This document shows, piece after piece, positions 29,217 through 38,448 of a stretch of DNA of 64,000 nucleotides. Position numbers and translations under genes: made by a program. The notes below the pieces were generated by a model. It was not told where the DNA came from. It saw only the letters and a program-made list of their open reading frames with translations, and did no database searches. This DNA is from Candidatus Bathyarchaeia archaeon (GTDB lineage Bacteria > Patescibacteriota > Microgenomatia > PFEM01 > JAFGMK01). The stretch spans positions 142,961 to 206,960 of the forward strand of contig DATKWK010000023.1 in the NCBI GenBank assembly GCA_035529595.1. Reading direction: 5' to 3'. Position 1 is the stretch's first letter; each line of letters begins with the position of its first letter.

Positions 29217-29903
29217 TTATCGGGAAAAGGCTGTGAAGATTTTGTCTAGATTGCCATCCAAGATTGTCTCCAGGTTGTACCACGATTTACCGAGGCGATG
29301 ATCAGTTACCCGGCTTTGCGGAAAATTATAGGTTCTTATTTTTTCGCAACGCATCCCGCGGCCGACAGCGGAGCGTCGTAAGTTAGTAAGTTGCGATTGT
29401 CTTTTTTCTTCTTCCTTTTCCCAGAGTTTAGCTCGGAGCAGCTCTAGAGCTATCTTTCGATTTTGCTCCTGAAGTCTCTCCCGTTCGCAGGTAACTACCA
29501 GTCCTGTTGGTTTATGAATTAACCTAACGGCGGTAGAGACTTTTTGCACATTTTGCCCGCCTTGGGAAGAAGCCCGGTAAAATTGCCAATCCAAATCAAT
29601 GTTATTAATTTTGATATCCGCTTCCGGAATGATCGGCAACACGGCTACGGTAGCAGTAGAGGTATGAATTCGTCCGTATCTTTCAGTGGCGGGAACCCGC
29701 TGGACTCGGTGGACACCGGCTTCGTGTTTAAGCAGGTTATAAACTTCCGGACCACTTATACGTAAAACTTGGTCGTTGATTAGATTTGTCTTCCAACCTG
29801 TCTTTTGGGCAAACTTTAAATACATGCGCAATAAGTCAGCAGCCCAAATTTTAGCTTCATCGCCACCAGCAGCGGCTCTAATTTCAATTAGACAATTGTT
29901 CAT
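29217..29903 (-). CDS. prfA: Peptide chain release factor 1 lacking N-terminal domain 1
   Basis: PxT recognition loop (RVPATE), GGQ motif and RTYNFPQSRVTDHR; the ORF begins directly at the PCRF domain. Confidence 0.9.
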   Translation of the reverse strand: MNNCLIEIRAAAGGDEAKIWAADLLRMYLKFAQKTGWKTNLINDQVLRISGPEVYNLLKHEAGVHRVQRVPATERYGRIHTSTATVAVLPIIPEADIKINNIDLDWQFYRASSQGGQNVQKVSTAVRLIHKPTGLVVTCERERLQEQNRKIALELLRAKLWEKEEEKRQSQLTNLRRSAVGRGMRCEKIRTYNFPQSRVTDHRLGKSWYNLETILDGNLDKIFTAFSR

Positions 29904-29916
29904 GAATAAGTGGTTA

Positions 29917-30237
29917 TTAGCGGGCTGGTTTTTTAAGCATCTCTTTCAAGGTTTTCGACTTCTCATCTCCTACTTTTTCTTCCGTCTTTCTTTTTTGCTG
30001 TCTTCTTACTTTCTTTTTAACAAAGATGCTTTTTTGTGCTTTCTGGCGTTGGGTCAAGAACCGGTCAACTCTTCCCAAAGTATCTACAAATTTCATTTCC
30101 CCCGTAAAAAAAGGATGACAGGCACAACAGATATCAACCTGAATTTCCGGTTTGGTCGAACCGGTGGTAAACTGAGCGCCACAAGCACAAGTTACTTTAG
30201 CGTTGGGGTGGTATTTCGGATGGATATCTTTTTTCAT
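29917..30237 (-). CDS. rpmE: 50S ribosomal protein L31 with basic C-terminal extension
   Basis: [28 protein letters not shown]. Confidence 0.95.
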   Translation of the reverse strand: MKKDIHPKYHPNAKVTCACGAQFTTGSTKPEIQVDICCACHPFFTGEMKFVDTLGRVDRFLTQRQKAQKSIFVKKKVRRQQKRKTEEKVGDEKSKTLKEMLKKPAR

Positions 30238-30259
30238 CAGTGCTTATTTTATCACGGAT

Positions 30260-31222
30260 TTAATTCGATCGCAAATCCTCAAAATATAATTCTTTCTTTT
30301 CTTTTCTAAATTCGGTTAAGAAAATGCCAATAGCGATTAAGAAAGCGCCAATTAAAAAGCCGGCGGTAACTTCTTCCTTAAGCCAAAAAAAGGCAAGAGG
30401 CGCGGCAAAAATCGGCTGCAGGTAAGTGAATAAGGTAGCTTCAGAAGCTTCAATCAGAGAAATACCCCAATTGTAAGTCGTATAAGCAATTACTGAGGAA
30501 AACAGACTCATATAAAGAATACCTGGAATTGCTTTTGGATGAATTTCGAAGAAAAGACTGGTCGGTAAAGAAACACTTCTTTGCCAATTGATTAAATCCA
30601 GGCGTTGATAAAGAAACAAAAAAGGCAGAATTAAGAGACCGGAAAAGAAAGTAATTGAAGTCAATATTAATGGTGAGAACCTAGAGGAGCTCTTTTTGAC
30701 CATGATAGAATAGGCAGCCCAGGCGATATTAGAAAAAAAAACTAAAAGATTACCGACCAAATGCTGGCGGGCCAAAAAATTACCCTGGACTAATGGTTGA
30801 AGCACCGTTATTAAAGTTCCCAGCATCGCGATCAGTAAACCAACTTTTTCCTGCACTGTGACCCGTTCTTTAAGGAAAGTTGCTCCGGCGATAACAATAA
30901 GAATTGGCGCCATGGCAACGATAATAGACGCATCGAGGGAAGTTGTTTTATCCGCGCCCCAAAAGATGAGAAGAAGCGTTACTGGACCACCAAGGATGCC
31001 GATTATTGTCAGTTTAATTAATTGAATTGAAGAAAACCTTACCTTTTTAATTGCCATAATGAATGGAATCAGAAAAATAAGGCAGACAATGGTAAACCGG
31101 TAAAATAGAAAACTCACTGGATCGATATAGGAGAGAGTATATTTAACGATTGGAGCGGCAAAACCCCATAATATGGCGGTAAGAATTAATAAGAAATAAG
31201 AAATTAATCGATTTCTTGCCAT
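30260..31222 (-). CDS. DMT/EamA family transporter
   Basis: Ten TM helices in two EamA repeats (LWG.. LKER; AAYS.. LKEE). Confidence 0.92.
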   Translation of the reverse strand: MARNRLISYFLLILTAILWGFAAPIVKYTLSYIDPVSFLFYRFTIVCLIFLIPFIMAIKKVRFSSIQLIKLTIIGILGGPVTLLLIFWGADKTTSLDASIIVAMAPILIVIAGATFLKERVTVQEKVGLLIAMLGTLITVLQPLVQGNFLARQHLVGNLLVFFSNIAWAAYSIMVKKSSSRFSPLILTSITFFSGLLILPFLFLYQRLDLINWQRSVSLPTSLFFEIHPKAIPGILYMSLFSSVIAYTTYNWGISLIEASEATLFTYLQPIFAAPLAFFWLKEEVTAGFLIGAFLIAIGIFLTEFRKEKKELYFEDLRSN

Positions 31223-31320
31223 TCGAACTTCGTAATTTCTAATAGTTTAATTATTTAAAGCGTATTTTATATGACAAATATGGCATAGTCTATAGCGTTG
31301 TGATATTGGTAGAAGGGATA

Positions 31321-32547
31321 CTAAATAATATTTTTTATTTCTGAAATTAATTGCGCTTCCGGTATTGTTCTTTGATTTTTATTTTGCAGATTCTTTAAAG
31401 TAACGCAGCCTTTTTTTATTTCATCCGGGCCGATGATTAACGCTAGAGGAATTCCTTTCCGGTCAGCATATTTAAGTTGTTTGTCAAGCTTATCTTGAGG
31501 ACTACTGTAAGTATCTGTACTTATTTTTGACAGTCTTAACCTGGCGGCAACCTTCAGGGAGTAGGGCAGGGCTTCTTTACCTAATATCGCTACCAGAACT
31601 TGAGTTTCCGTTTTTATTTTAGGAAATAAGTCAAATTGGTCCATTGCCACAATCGTCCTGTCAAAACCGATGGAAAAGCCGACACCAGGAACTTTTTCTT
31701 TGGAAAATCGAGAAACTAAACTATCATATCTTTCGCAACCGGCAACAGAGCCGGCCTCAAATTCAGAAATTATTATTTCCCAAATAGTGCCAGTTGAGTA
31801 TGAAAATGAACGAGCCAATGTAGGTTTAAACTGGTAATTTTCTTCCATGTCATAGTTGTTAAGATACTTGAATATTTGTTTAAGGTTATCATTTGGCGTG
31901 TTATTTTTAACCTGATCAAGTAGTCTGATAGCTTCTTTTTTTGACAGACCTTTTTTAATCAATTCCTCGATAACACCTTTTTCACCAATTTTCTCAAGCT
32001 TATCAATTGAGGTAATCATTTGGTAGGGAATATCTTTATATAAAGCCCGATCATTAATGATGGCAATCGGTTTCTCAAAACCTAAATTCTTAAAGATATC
32101 AATGCTCAAGGCAACCGTTTCCGCATCGGCTTCGGGATTATCCAAGCCAAAAATATCGGCATCGCACTGGAGAAATTCGCGATATCTTCCTTTTTGCGGT
32201 TTTTCTGCCCGCCAAACAGTTTGAATTTGATACCTTTTAAAAGGTAAGAGGATTTTATCAGGATATTGGGCAATAACTCTGCAAGTTGGAACAGTCTGGT
32301 CGTAACGTAAGGCCACTTGACGCCCGCCTTCGTCAGTAAATTTATAAAAAAGTTTTTCGTCTTCGCCGATATTGCCGGTAAAAACAGACAGATATTCAAT
32401 TGCCGGTGTCTCTATCGGTTCATAACCCCAAAGCTTGAATGTTTTTCTGATAATATCAATGGCGTACTGCCTTTTTCTGGCTTCTTCGGGTAAAAAATCC
32501 CGAAAGCCTTTAAGAATTTGAGGCTTAATCAAATTTTGGTTTTTCAT
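31321..32547 (-). CDS. hisS: Histidyl-tRNA synthetase
   Basis: GFRDFLP, LRYDQTVP, WRAEKPQKGRYREFLQCDAD, ARSFSYSTG and an anticodon domain. Confidence 0.96.
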   Translation of the reverse strand: MKNQNLIKPQILKGFRDFLPEEARKRQYAIDIIRKTFKLWGYEPIETPAIEYLSVFTGNIGEDEKLFYKFTDEGGRQVALRYDQTVPTCRVIAQYPDKILLPFKRYQIQTVWRAEKPQKGRYREFLQCDADIFGLDNPEADAETVALSIDIFKNLGFEKPIAIINDRALYKDIPYQMITSIDKLEKIGEKGVIEELIKKGLSKKEAIRLLDQVKNNTPNDNLKQIFKYLNNYDMEENYQFKPTLARSFSYSTGTIWEIIISEFEAGSVAGCERYDSLVSRFSKEKVPGVGFSIGFDRTIVAMDQFDLFPKIKTETQVLVAILGKEALPYSLKVAARLRLSKISTDTYSSPQDKLDKQLKYADRKGIPLALIIGPDEIKKGCVTLKNLQNKNQRTIPEAQLISEIKNII

Positions 32548-32578
32548 AGTTTTCTATCTAAGAATGATAGCATTTATT

Positions 32579-33700
32579 TTAATTTTGTACCATCTGCTCT
32601 ATTAAACGTCTAAAAATATTTTTGGTAATCCGGATGCTTTCTGTATCAACCCATTCGTCAACTGAATGGCCGAAACCCGTTGGTCCGAAACTAATCGCCG
32701 GCACATTCCAAGCTTGATAGATTAAAGCCGATTCATAAAAACCGCCCTTGCCTAAATCTTTTCTGAACTTGACCTTTTTAGAGATAGCTCTTGTAAACTT
32801 TATAAATTCTTTTAACGTACGCTTCTGGATTAGATAAGGTTGATAGTTTAATTTAATCTTTCTCTCGCTTAGAGTAGCCTTTCTTTCTTTGGCAATGGTT
32901 TCTATTTGATTAAGTACTTTTTCCGCCGAAGCTTTGGGATTAGCCGGTCTAATATCCAAGATAAATTTTGCTATATTTGGAACAGAATTAGATTGAACTT
33001 CTATACTTCCATTATTGTTCAAGCCACCATAAAGATAACCAAGATTAGCAGTTGTTTTTCCCAATTCTCGTAAATCGTTTTTCTTAATCTTGTTTTTTAG
33101 AATTTTAAAAATTTCTACTGCTTCGCAAACAGCATTGATTCCCGTTTCCGGTTGGGAGGCATGACTGCTTTTACCAAGAATGGTAAGCTCTATTTCTATT
33201 AAACCGCGGCAGCCGTTGGTGATTTCCAGATTAGTTGGTTCCGGACAAATAACCAGTTCTGGTTTTAAGAGGTAAGTAGATAATATTTTCTTAATGCCCT
33301 TGAAATAATATTCCTCATCGCAATCAAAAATTAGGGTCAGTCCTTTTGTTTTTTTTATTTCGGAAACAGCTGAAAGGAGAGAGGCAATTCCGGCCTTCAT
33401 ATCAGCTGCTCCTAGACCGTAAAGTTTGCCGTCTTTAATTATTGGCGTAAGCATGCTCTCTTTTTTTCCGGATGGCCTAATGGTATCCATGTGGCAAACA
33501 AAAACCACTTTGGCTGGCCAGCCGTCGGTGGCAATCAAGTTATATCTGTTATTTTCAACCTTTTGTCTTTTTATTTTTAGCCATGAACAATATTTCTCTA
33601 GAAATCGATAGAGCCATTTTTGGATTGCCTGCTCATTGGTTTCTTCATTAACATACGATGGGATTCGGACTAGTTCTTGGGTAATCTTTATTTCATTCAT
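32579..33700 (-). CDS. M20 family ArgE/DapE-like deacylase/dipeptidase
   Basis: Metal and catalytic motifs all intact: CHMDT, GAADMK, DCDEE, EPT, HAS.P and GHSVDE. Confidence 0.9.
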   Translation of the reverse strand: MNEIKITQELVRIPSYVNEETNEQAIQKWLYRFLEKYCSWLKIKRQKVENNRYNLIATDGWPAKVVFVCHMDTIRPSGKKESMLTPIIKDGKLYGLGAADMKAGIASLLSAVSEIKKTKGLTLIFDCDEEYYFKGIKKILSTYLLKPELVICPEPTNLEITNGCRGLIEIELTILGKSSHASQPETGINAVCEAVEIFKILKNKIKKNDLRELGKTTANLGYLYGGLNNNGSIEVQSNSVPNIAKFILDIRPANPKASAEKVLNQIETIAKERKATLSERKIKLNYQPYLIQKRTLKEFIKFTRAISKKVKFRKDLGKGGFYESALIYQAWNVPAISFGPTGFGHSVDEWVDTESIRITKNIFRRLIEQMVQN

Positions 33701-35144
33701 TTTGCTTCCTGGCGGCTAATAATTGTCCGGGCGAAAAGGGAATCTCGGGATAAGCCTCCCATTCATTTAATAAGGTCAAAAGAAGCTTTCCTGTTAGTTG
33801 ATGAGTAATAACCAAGGTTTGGTCAAGATCGGTTTCGCTTATAAATGAGACCAACCGAGACCTTATTTCTTCCCAGCTTTCTCCGCTTCCTCCATATCTT
33901 AGAGTGGGGTCGGATCTCATTTGTTTGATAGTTTGAATTCGTTCAGGAAGATTTTCTGGCCTCCGATTCCATTCTCCTTCAGCGGCGTCTTTTAGTCTTT
34001 TGTCTCTCCTGATTGTTACTCTCAACTGCTCGGCAATGATTTCGGACATTTCCCGAGTCCTTCTAAAAGGAGAGGTAATAATTTGCCTTACCCTGTAACC
34101 TGCTTGTTTGATTTCTGTGGCAGCTGCTATTGCCTGAGTTTTTCCGGTTTCGGTTAGTCCTTGACCAGGAGAGTAAGAATCAACTAAACCTAGAACATTT
34201 GCCTGGCTTTGACCATGTCTTAATATTAAGCATTCAGGTGTAGTCTTGATTTCTTGAGAAGGATTTAGCTCGATGGTCATTTTTCTGGCAATAATCTTAT
34301 CAAGTGAAGTTAGAGCAGTCGGAACTTCGCTTACAAAAATAGCCCGGTAGTCTTTTTCTGGATCGAAAAGAGGATTAAAATAAGTGGCAATTTTGATTGT
34401 TCCTCCAAGGGCAGTTTGAGGATTATCATCTATCCCGGCAAAAAGAGGCCAATTTTTGGCTTCCCTAACCACGCGAGTGGCAACAAAATCACAGCCCTTT
34501 TGTTGGCAAGCTTGAAAAAATTCTCTCATCAGTAAGAGTCCCAAACTCTTTCCTTGCCAATCTTGGGCAACGCCGACGCCGTCATAATAGGCGCATTTTC
34601 CTGGTAAATTCACCACAAGTTCTTGACCTTCTTTGGTCAGTTCAAACCGGTCGTTTTGATCAGTGCCTACGACACCAGGGGCAAACTTATTTCTGATTAG
34701 ACTCTCCATCCCGTTTTCGGCCTCCAGGCCATAGCCAATAGCGTAACCGATTAGATCAGAAAAAGGCTGGAGAGAAAGTGGGTTGGCCAAAAGAATGAAA
34801 ATCCGGTCAGGTGGTGGCTGATTGATACTCAGATATCTAGTCACTTCGTCGGCGACTACTGCGGAGGTATACCTGGCTGATTTATCTTTTAATTGATTTA
34901 AACGGTTATAAGGTGGAGATTCTTGAAAGAGGGGAATAAGAAGCTGAGCGCCGTAGTTGGTGATTAGTCGTTGAATCAGGGGGTTATCTGTGTCTGTAGG
35001 AAAGAAAACCCCGTCGGTTAATCGATAAACTTCCATAGGTAATATCCCACCCCGTTGAGTACGGGCATTTAACTCAAGCCGGCAGTTTCCAATTCTGGTT
35101 TCCAAGGAGAGATTGGCTATTTTATCTCTTTCTTCTGCTGACAC
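33693..35144 (-). CDS. GNAT acetyltransferase-histidine phosphatase fusion
   Basis: GNAT motif A 'GVGVAQDWQGKSLG'; C-terminal RHGQS..N, TSPF.R and VITH. Start moved to GTG 35144 after an AAAGGAG SD. Confidence 0.8.
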   Translation of the reverse strand: MSAEERDKIANLSLETRIGNCRLELNARTQRGGILPMEVYRLTDGVFFPTDTDNPLIQRLITNYGAQLLIPLFQESPPYNRLNQLKDKSARYTSAVVADEVTRYLSINQPPPDRIFILLANPLSLQPFSDLIGYAIGYGLEAENGMESLIRNKFAPGVVGTDQNDRFELTKEGQELVVNLPGKCAYYDGVGVAQDWQGKSLGLLLMREFFQACQQKGCDFVATRVVREAKNWPLFAGIDDNPQTALGGTIKIATYFNPLFDPEKDYRAIFVSEVPTALTSLDKIIARKMTIELNPSQEIKTTPECLILRHGQSQANVLGLVDSYSPGQGLTETGKTQAIAAATEIKQAGYRVRQIITSPFRRTREMSEIIAEQLRVTIRRDKRLKDAAEGEWNRRPENLPERIQTIKQMRSDPTLRYGGSGESWEEIRSRLVSFISETDLDQTLVITHQLTGKLLLTLLNEWEAYPEIPFSPGQLLAARKQNE

Positions 35145-35145
35145 C

Positions 35146-36369
35146 TTAGCTCCTTTCGATGGAATCAACGATCGTGGCATAGCAATTAAATTTCTCCAAC
35201 ATTAGTTTAGTTATTTGAACCATTTTTTGAGCGATTTTTTTCTGTTTTTTTTTATCTTGGCTGAACTCGATAAGCTTTGAGATATAGAAAGGATCATCGT
35301 AGGCAATCGGAAAACAGGTTCCTAGCTTTTGGGCTTGTTCAAGACCCTGATCTTCGTTCATGAAGCCTGTTGGAACGATACTGGTGACAAAAGGTTTAGC
35401 GATAAGATATAACTCCGCACTATTATCACACAGGCTAGCTCGGCAAATGTTGATATCAGCGGCCTTTTTTAAAAGGAGATCAATCTCAAGATCAACAAAA
35501 GGGGAGGGGCGACTGAAAGCCCTCACTTTTTGGCATTGGTCCAAAACCGGCTGGGCCATTTTTTGAACTCCTTCAAGCATATAGACGAGACTTTTACCTT
35601 TAAAATTTGTTTCTAGGCCAGCGATCAATCGGGTGATAAAGCTTAAAGTTTGTCCTTGGCCTTTGCTAGAAAGAAAGCCGTTTTGACTCCGACCGTATTC
35701 GTCTTGATAGTTGCGATTATTGGGACAAATATTGAAAGGGTTAACGTACTCATCGTTAATGTTAAGAAAGACTAAAAGATCGTATTGAAGATTTTTTATT
35801 TCGGGATAGTAGGGAAATAGTTTTTGACGAGCTTTTTTAATTGACATTTTTCTAATTTCCTTAACTGTTTTGAGTTGTCGTTGAGGATAAGGCTGAGCGC
35901 AGACCGCAATATTGCTCATCTCTTTGACTTTAGAATATTTAAGAGGGAAAGGAGTAAGGATGATATAAGAATTGGCTTTTTGGTAGACTTCGCCGATGTA
36001 GCGGCTGGGGAATTTTTCGAAGCTTAAAGGAGTGGAATATTCGCAAATAGCATAGGGAATTCCTTTTCTGAAGGCATAATAAGAGCCGTAGGTTCTGGGG
36101 CTAAAAGAGATCAAGTAATCAAAACTAATTTGAGAAAGGATTTTTTCGCACTTTAGATAAATTGCTTGATCTGATTCGGCTGGTTTTCTTTGAATGACAA
36201 GATTGGGTCTCAAGTTGAGGTCATTTAGTTTATACATATAGAGAGATTCGGAGGCAATGATTGGTTGATAACCGGACTCCTTTAAGCCCTGATAGAGCCA
36301 GAAAATAGTTTTTGAACTGCCGCGGCCACCCACAAAACCAGTAAAAAAGAGAATTTTTTTCTTGTTCAT
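35146..36369 (-). CDS. MurG-like GT-B glycosyltransferase
   Basis: N-terminal 'KILFFTGFVGGRG' loop; C-terminal 'AADINICRAS....AEL....KP' nucleotide-sugar binding segment. Confidence 0.65.
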   Translation of the reverse strand: MNKKKILFFTGFVGGRGSSKTIFWLYQGLKESGYQPIIASESLYMYKLNDLNLRPNLVIQRKPAESDQAIYLKCEKILSQISFDYLISFSPRTYGSYYAFRKGIPYAICEYSTPLSFEKFPSRYIGEVYQKANSYIILTPFPLKYSKVKEMSNIAVCAQPYPQRQLKTVKEIRKMSIKKARQKLFPYYPEIKNLQYDLLVFLNINDEYVNPFNICPNNRNYQDEYGRSQNGFLSSKGQGQTLSFITRLIAGLETNFKGKSLVYMLEGVQKMAQPVLDQCQKVRAFSRPSPFVDLEIDLLLKKAADINICRASLCDNSAELYLIAKPFVTSIVPTGFMNEDQGLEQAQKLGTCFPIAYDDPFYISKLIEFSQDKKKQKKIAQKMVQITKLMLEKFNCYATIVDSIERS

Positions 36370-37916
36370 CTTTCTCCTTTTGTGTTGAAACCAGCTAAAT
36401 AATTTAAAACGTTAAAAAAGTTTCTTCCTGGATCTTGGTAGGTCATTTGAAAAATTTCACTAGCTTTCTGGCAGGATTGGCGAGCATATCTCGGATCCTG
36501 GATCATCCAGGCGATCACTTTAGCTAGAAGTGGAGGAGGGTCATTATAGCGGAAATTCCATTGAGTGGAAAATTCGTTGATGACTGAATCAATCGTATCT
36601 ACACCCATGTAACCAAACCCAGGAATAGTAAATAAAATTTGGGGAATGTCTGGAAGAATGGCCACTTCAGCTGAAGCGTTGGTTTCGGAGGTGCGGTTAA
36701 TAATTAATTGGCTTAGTTTATAAACAGCCAGGAGAACTGTTTGGGGAAGTTCAGGTTTGGGAACAATTAATATCCCTGACGTGGTTGGGTTTTGGTCAGG
36801 AGTAAATACCCCTTCGATTTTTTTTGATAATAGAAATTCAATAGCTTCGGCAGGTAAGACCAAGTTAATGGACCGACCAATTTGTCTTGAGGCCTCCAGG
36901 ACCCCCAGGGCTAAAGTCTGGGTGCCGGCCAGAATGCTTTGGAATTGCTCTGGGGTTAACCATTTACCGACGTTTTCTTGATTCCAATAATCGCCACAGG
37001 CAGGGCAAACAACATTAGGATTGCCATTGCTCAAGATATCAAGGCCGTAGGCTTGGATTAGTCTTCTCGCCTCTGAGACAGTAAGACCTTTATAGAAGTC
37101 TTGAAGTCGCTGAATGTAATCAGGGGTGAAGTTTTGAGCAACCGTTAGGCGTTTGAGCCCTGGGTAGGCTTGGAGACGATCGGCCTCGGCCGTAGGGGGA
37201 CATGGTAGCCAGTTGACACAAGCGGCAAAGGTTTCCAAGCCTTGATTGGGCAGGCCGGCATAGGCAGGGGGAAAGAATCGATCAAGAGGACGGCCGTTGA
37301 TATCTAAGTTCCAAGAGGGATTATCATAGTCGGGGACACAGCTGTCTTGATAGACAAATCTTCCTGCAAGCTCTGGACAGTTAAGTTCACGCTTAATTCT
37401 TAAAATTGCCTTTGCAGCTGCGAGGGGTGATTGGGCGGTATAGCCAGTGGCCAGATAGAAAATACGCTCAATTTTTTGCTCTGCCAGTTGTTTGGTGGCT
37501 TGATAAACAGCTGTCTCGATTGGTTGGAAACTAGCGGGGATTGAATTATCAGTCGGTTCTCCGATTTCTATATTAGGGGTAGTTACCAGATAGCCGGTAA
37601 GTTCTGGAACGACAAAACGAGGAACCGTTAAACTTCTTGAAACTCTTAAAAGAGGGATCATCTGGATTTGGGCGGTTTGCTCGGCCCAAGCGGAATTATT
37701 TATTGCCCAGGTAGTTGGTCCACCACCGGCACAAGTGGCTGGATTTATTTCAACAATTGCCTGAGCTGGTTTTCCGCGGATGCCTCTAGGGTATTGGCCT
37801 TCGGCAATGTCGTTAGGATTAATTAACTCTGGCCGAGGACACTGCTTGCTTGCTGCATAGTCAATAATCTCTCTAATTTCTCTTACTTGTTCATTATTTG
37901 GTAGTCTTTCGGTCAT
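36366..37916 (-). CDS. Divergent MurG-like GT-B protein, paralogous to 35146-36369
   Basis: 'AGGGPT' loop; 'SQLIINRTSETNASAEVAILPDIPQILFTIP.GYM' aligns by eye with the neighbour's C-terminal motif; GAAAGGA SD. Confidence 0.55.
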   Translation of the reverse strand: MTERLPNNEQVREIREIIDYAASKQCPRPELINPNDIAEGQYPRGIRGKPAQAIVEINPATCAGGGPTTWAINNSAWAEQTAQIQMIPLLRVSRSLTVPRFVVPELTGYLVTTPNIEIGEPTDNSIPASFQPIETAVYQATKQLAEQKIERIFYLATGYTAQSPLAAAKAILRIKRELNCPELAGRFVYQDSCVPDYDNPSWNLDINGRPLDRFFPPAYAGLPNQGLETFAACVNWLPCPPTAEADRLQAYPGLKRLTVAQNFTPDYIQRLQDFYKGLTVSEARRLIQAYGLDILSNGNPNVVCPACGDYWNQENVGKWLTPEQFQSILAGTQTLALGVLEASRQIGRSINLVLPAEAIEFLLSKKIEGVFTPDQNPTTSGILIVPKPELPQTVLLAVYKLSQLIINRTSETNASAEVAILPDIPQILFTIPGFGYMGVDTIDSVINEFSTQWNFRYNDPPPLLAKVIAWMIQDPRYARQSCQKASEIFQMTYQDPGRNFFNVLNYLAGFNTKGER

Positions 37917-37957
37917 ATTTTTCCTTTCTGATCGGCAGTTGAAATTTTTTAACCATT

Positions 37958-37981
37958 AAAAAACCCCGCCTAAAGCGGGGT
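37958..37981 (-). terminator. Attenuator terminator hairpin
   Basis: Minus strand ACCCCGC-TTTAG-GCGGGGT followed by a T run, 41 nt before the first CDS. Confidence 0.88.
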
Positions 37982-38006
37982 AAAGAACAGACTTCAAGGT
38001 TTTTTA

Positions 38007-38075
38007 TTACCAAAAACCTTTACCCCGCTTGGCGGGGTGATGATGATTGGCTGGGTTAATGTTATTCATTTTCAT
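38007..38075 (-). CDS. His leader peptide (22 aa, MKMNNINPANHHHPAKRGKGFW)
   Basis: Three tandem His codons (CAT CAT CAC, 38037-38045) overlap segment 1 of alternative hairpins. Confidence 0.8.
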   Translation of the reverse strand: MKMNNINPANHHHPAKRGKGFW

Positions 38076-38088
38076 ATTCAATTTAAAA

Positions 38089-38138
38089 CATGTTACCGTA
38101 GTAATACGATACTATATCACAAAAAATAAATTTGTCAA
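38089..38138 (-). promoter_or_regulatory. Sigma70 promoter with candidate YerC/HisR operator
   Basis: TTGACA (38133-38138), 16 bp spacer, TGaTATAGT (-10 at 38111-38116). Imperfect dyad CGTATTACTACGGTAACATG (38089-38108) covers +1. Confidence 0.7.
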
Positions 38139-38142
38139 TAGA

Positions 38143-38448
38143 TCATTTTTTAGAAGAATCAGAAAGACGGTTGAGGATTAGTTTGTAACCTCCCAAGCCA
38201 TGCCTAAGCCAATGAGCCACCCGGGTAACCGTAGTAGTTGAAACTTTACAATGTTTGGCGATTTTTTCATAAGAAAACTTCCTTTGGTGTAAAAGTTTAG
38301 CGATTTGAAATCGGGAAGAAGAATCGTCAATTTCTTTAATGGTTAAAAGATCCCGAAAAAAAAGACAGGCTTCGCTTAAATTTTTCAAATTTAAGATTGC
38401 CTCAAATAATTCTTTCGTTTCTTTTGAAGGATAGCGTTTTTCTTTCAC
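38143..38448 (-). CDS. yerC: YerC/YecD TrpR-related repressor (HisR-like)
   Basis: 'LFEAILNL....E...FFRDLLT..E....SRFQIA.LL....SY..IA....VSTTTVTRVA.WL.HG.GGY' family signature. Confidence 0.92.
   Translation of the reverse strand: MKEKRYPSKETKELFEAILNLKNLSEACLFFRDLLTIKEIDDSSSRFQIAKLLHQRKFSYEKIAKHCKVSTTTVTRVAHWLRHGLGGYKLILNRLSDSSKK

Noticed and set aside
29890-29950. Programmed frameshift fusing L31 to the truncated RF1
   Set aside because: The prfA frame is open for a few codons into rpmE, but rpmE ends in tandem TAA TAA, prfA has its own ATG, and no stimulatory signal is evident.
38143-38448. YerC as a tryptophan regulator
   Set aside because: It is TrpR-family and the leader ends in one Trp, but the tandem control codons are His, they sit on attenuator segment 1, and hisS follows the operon.
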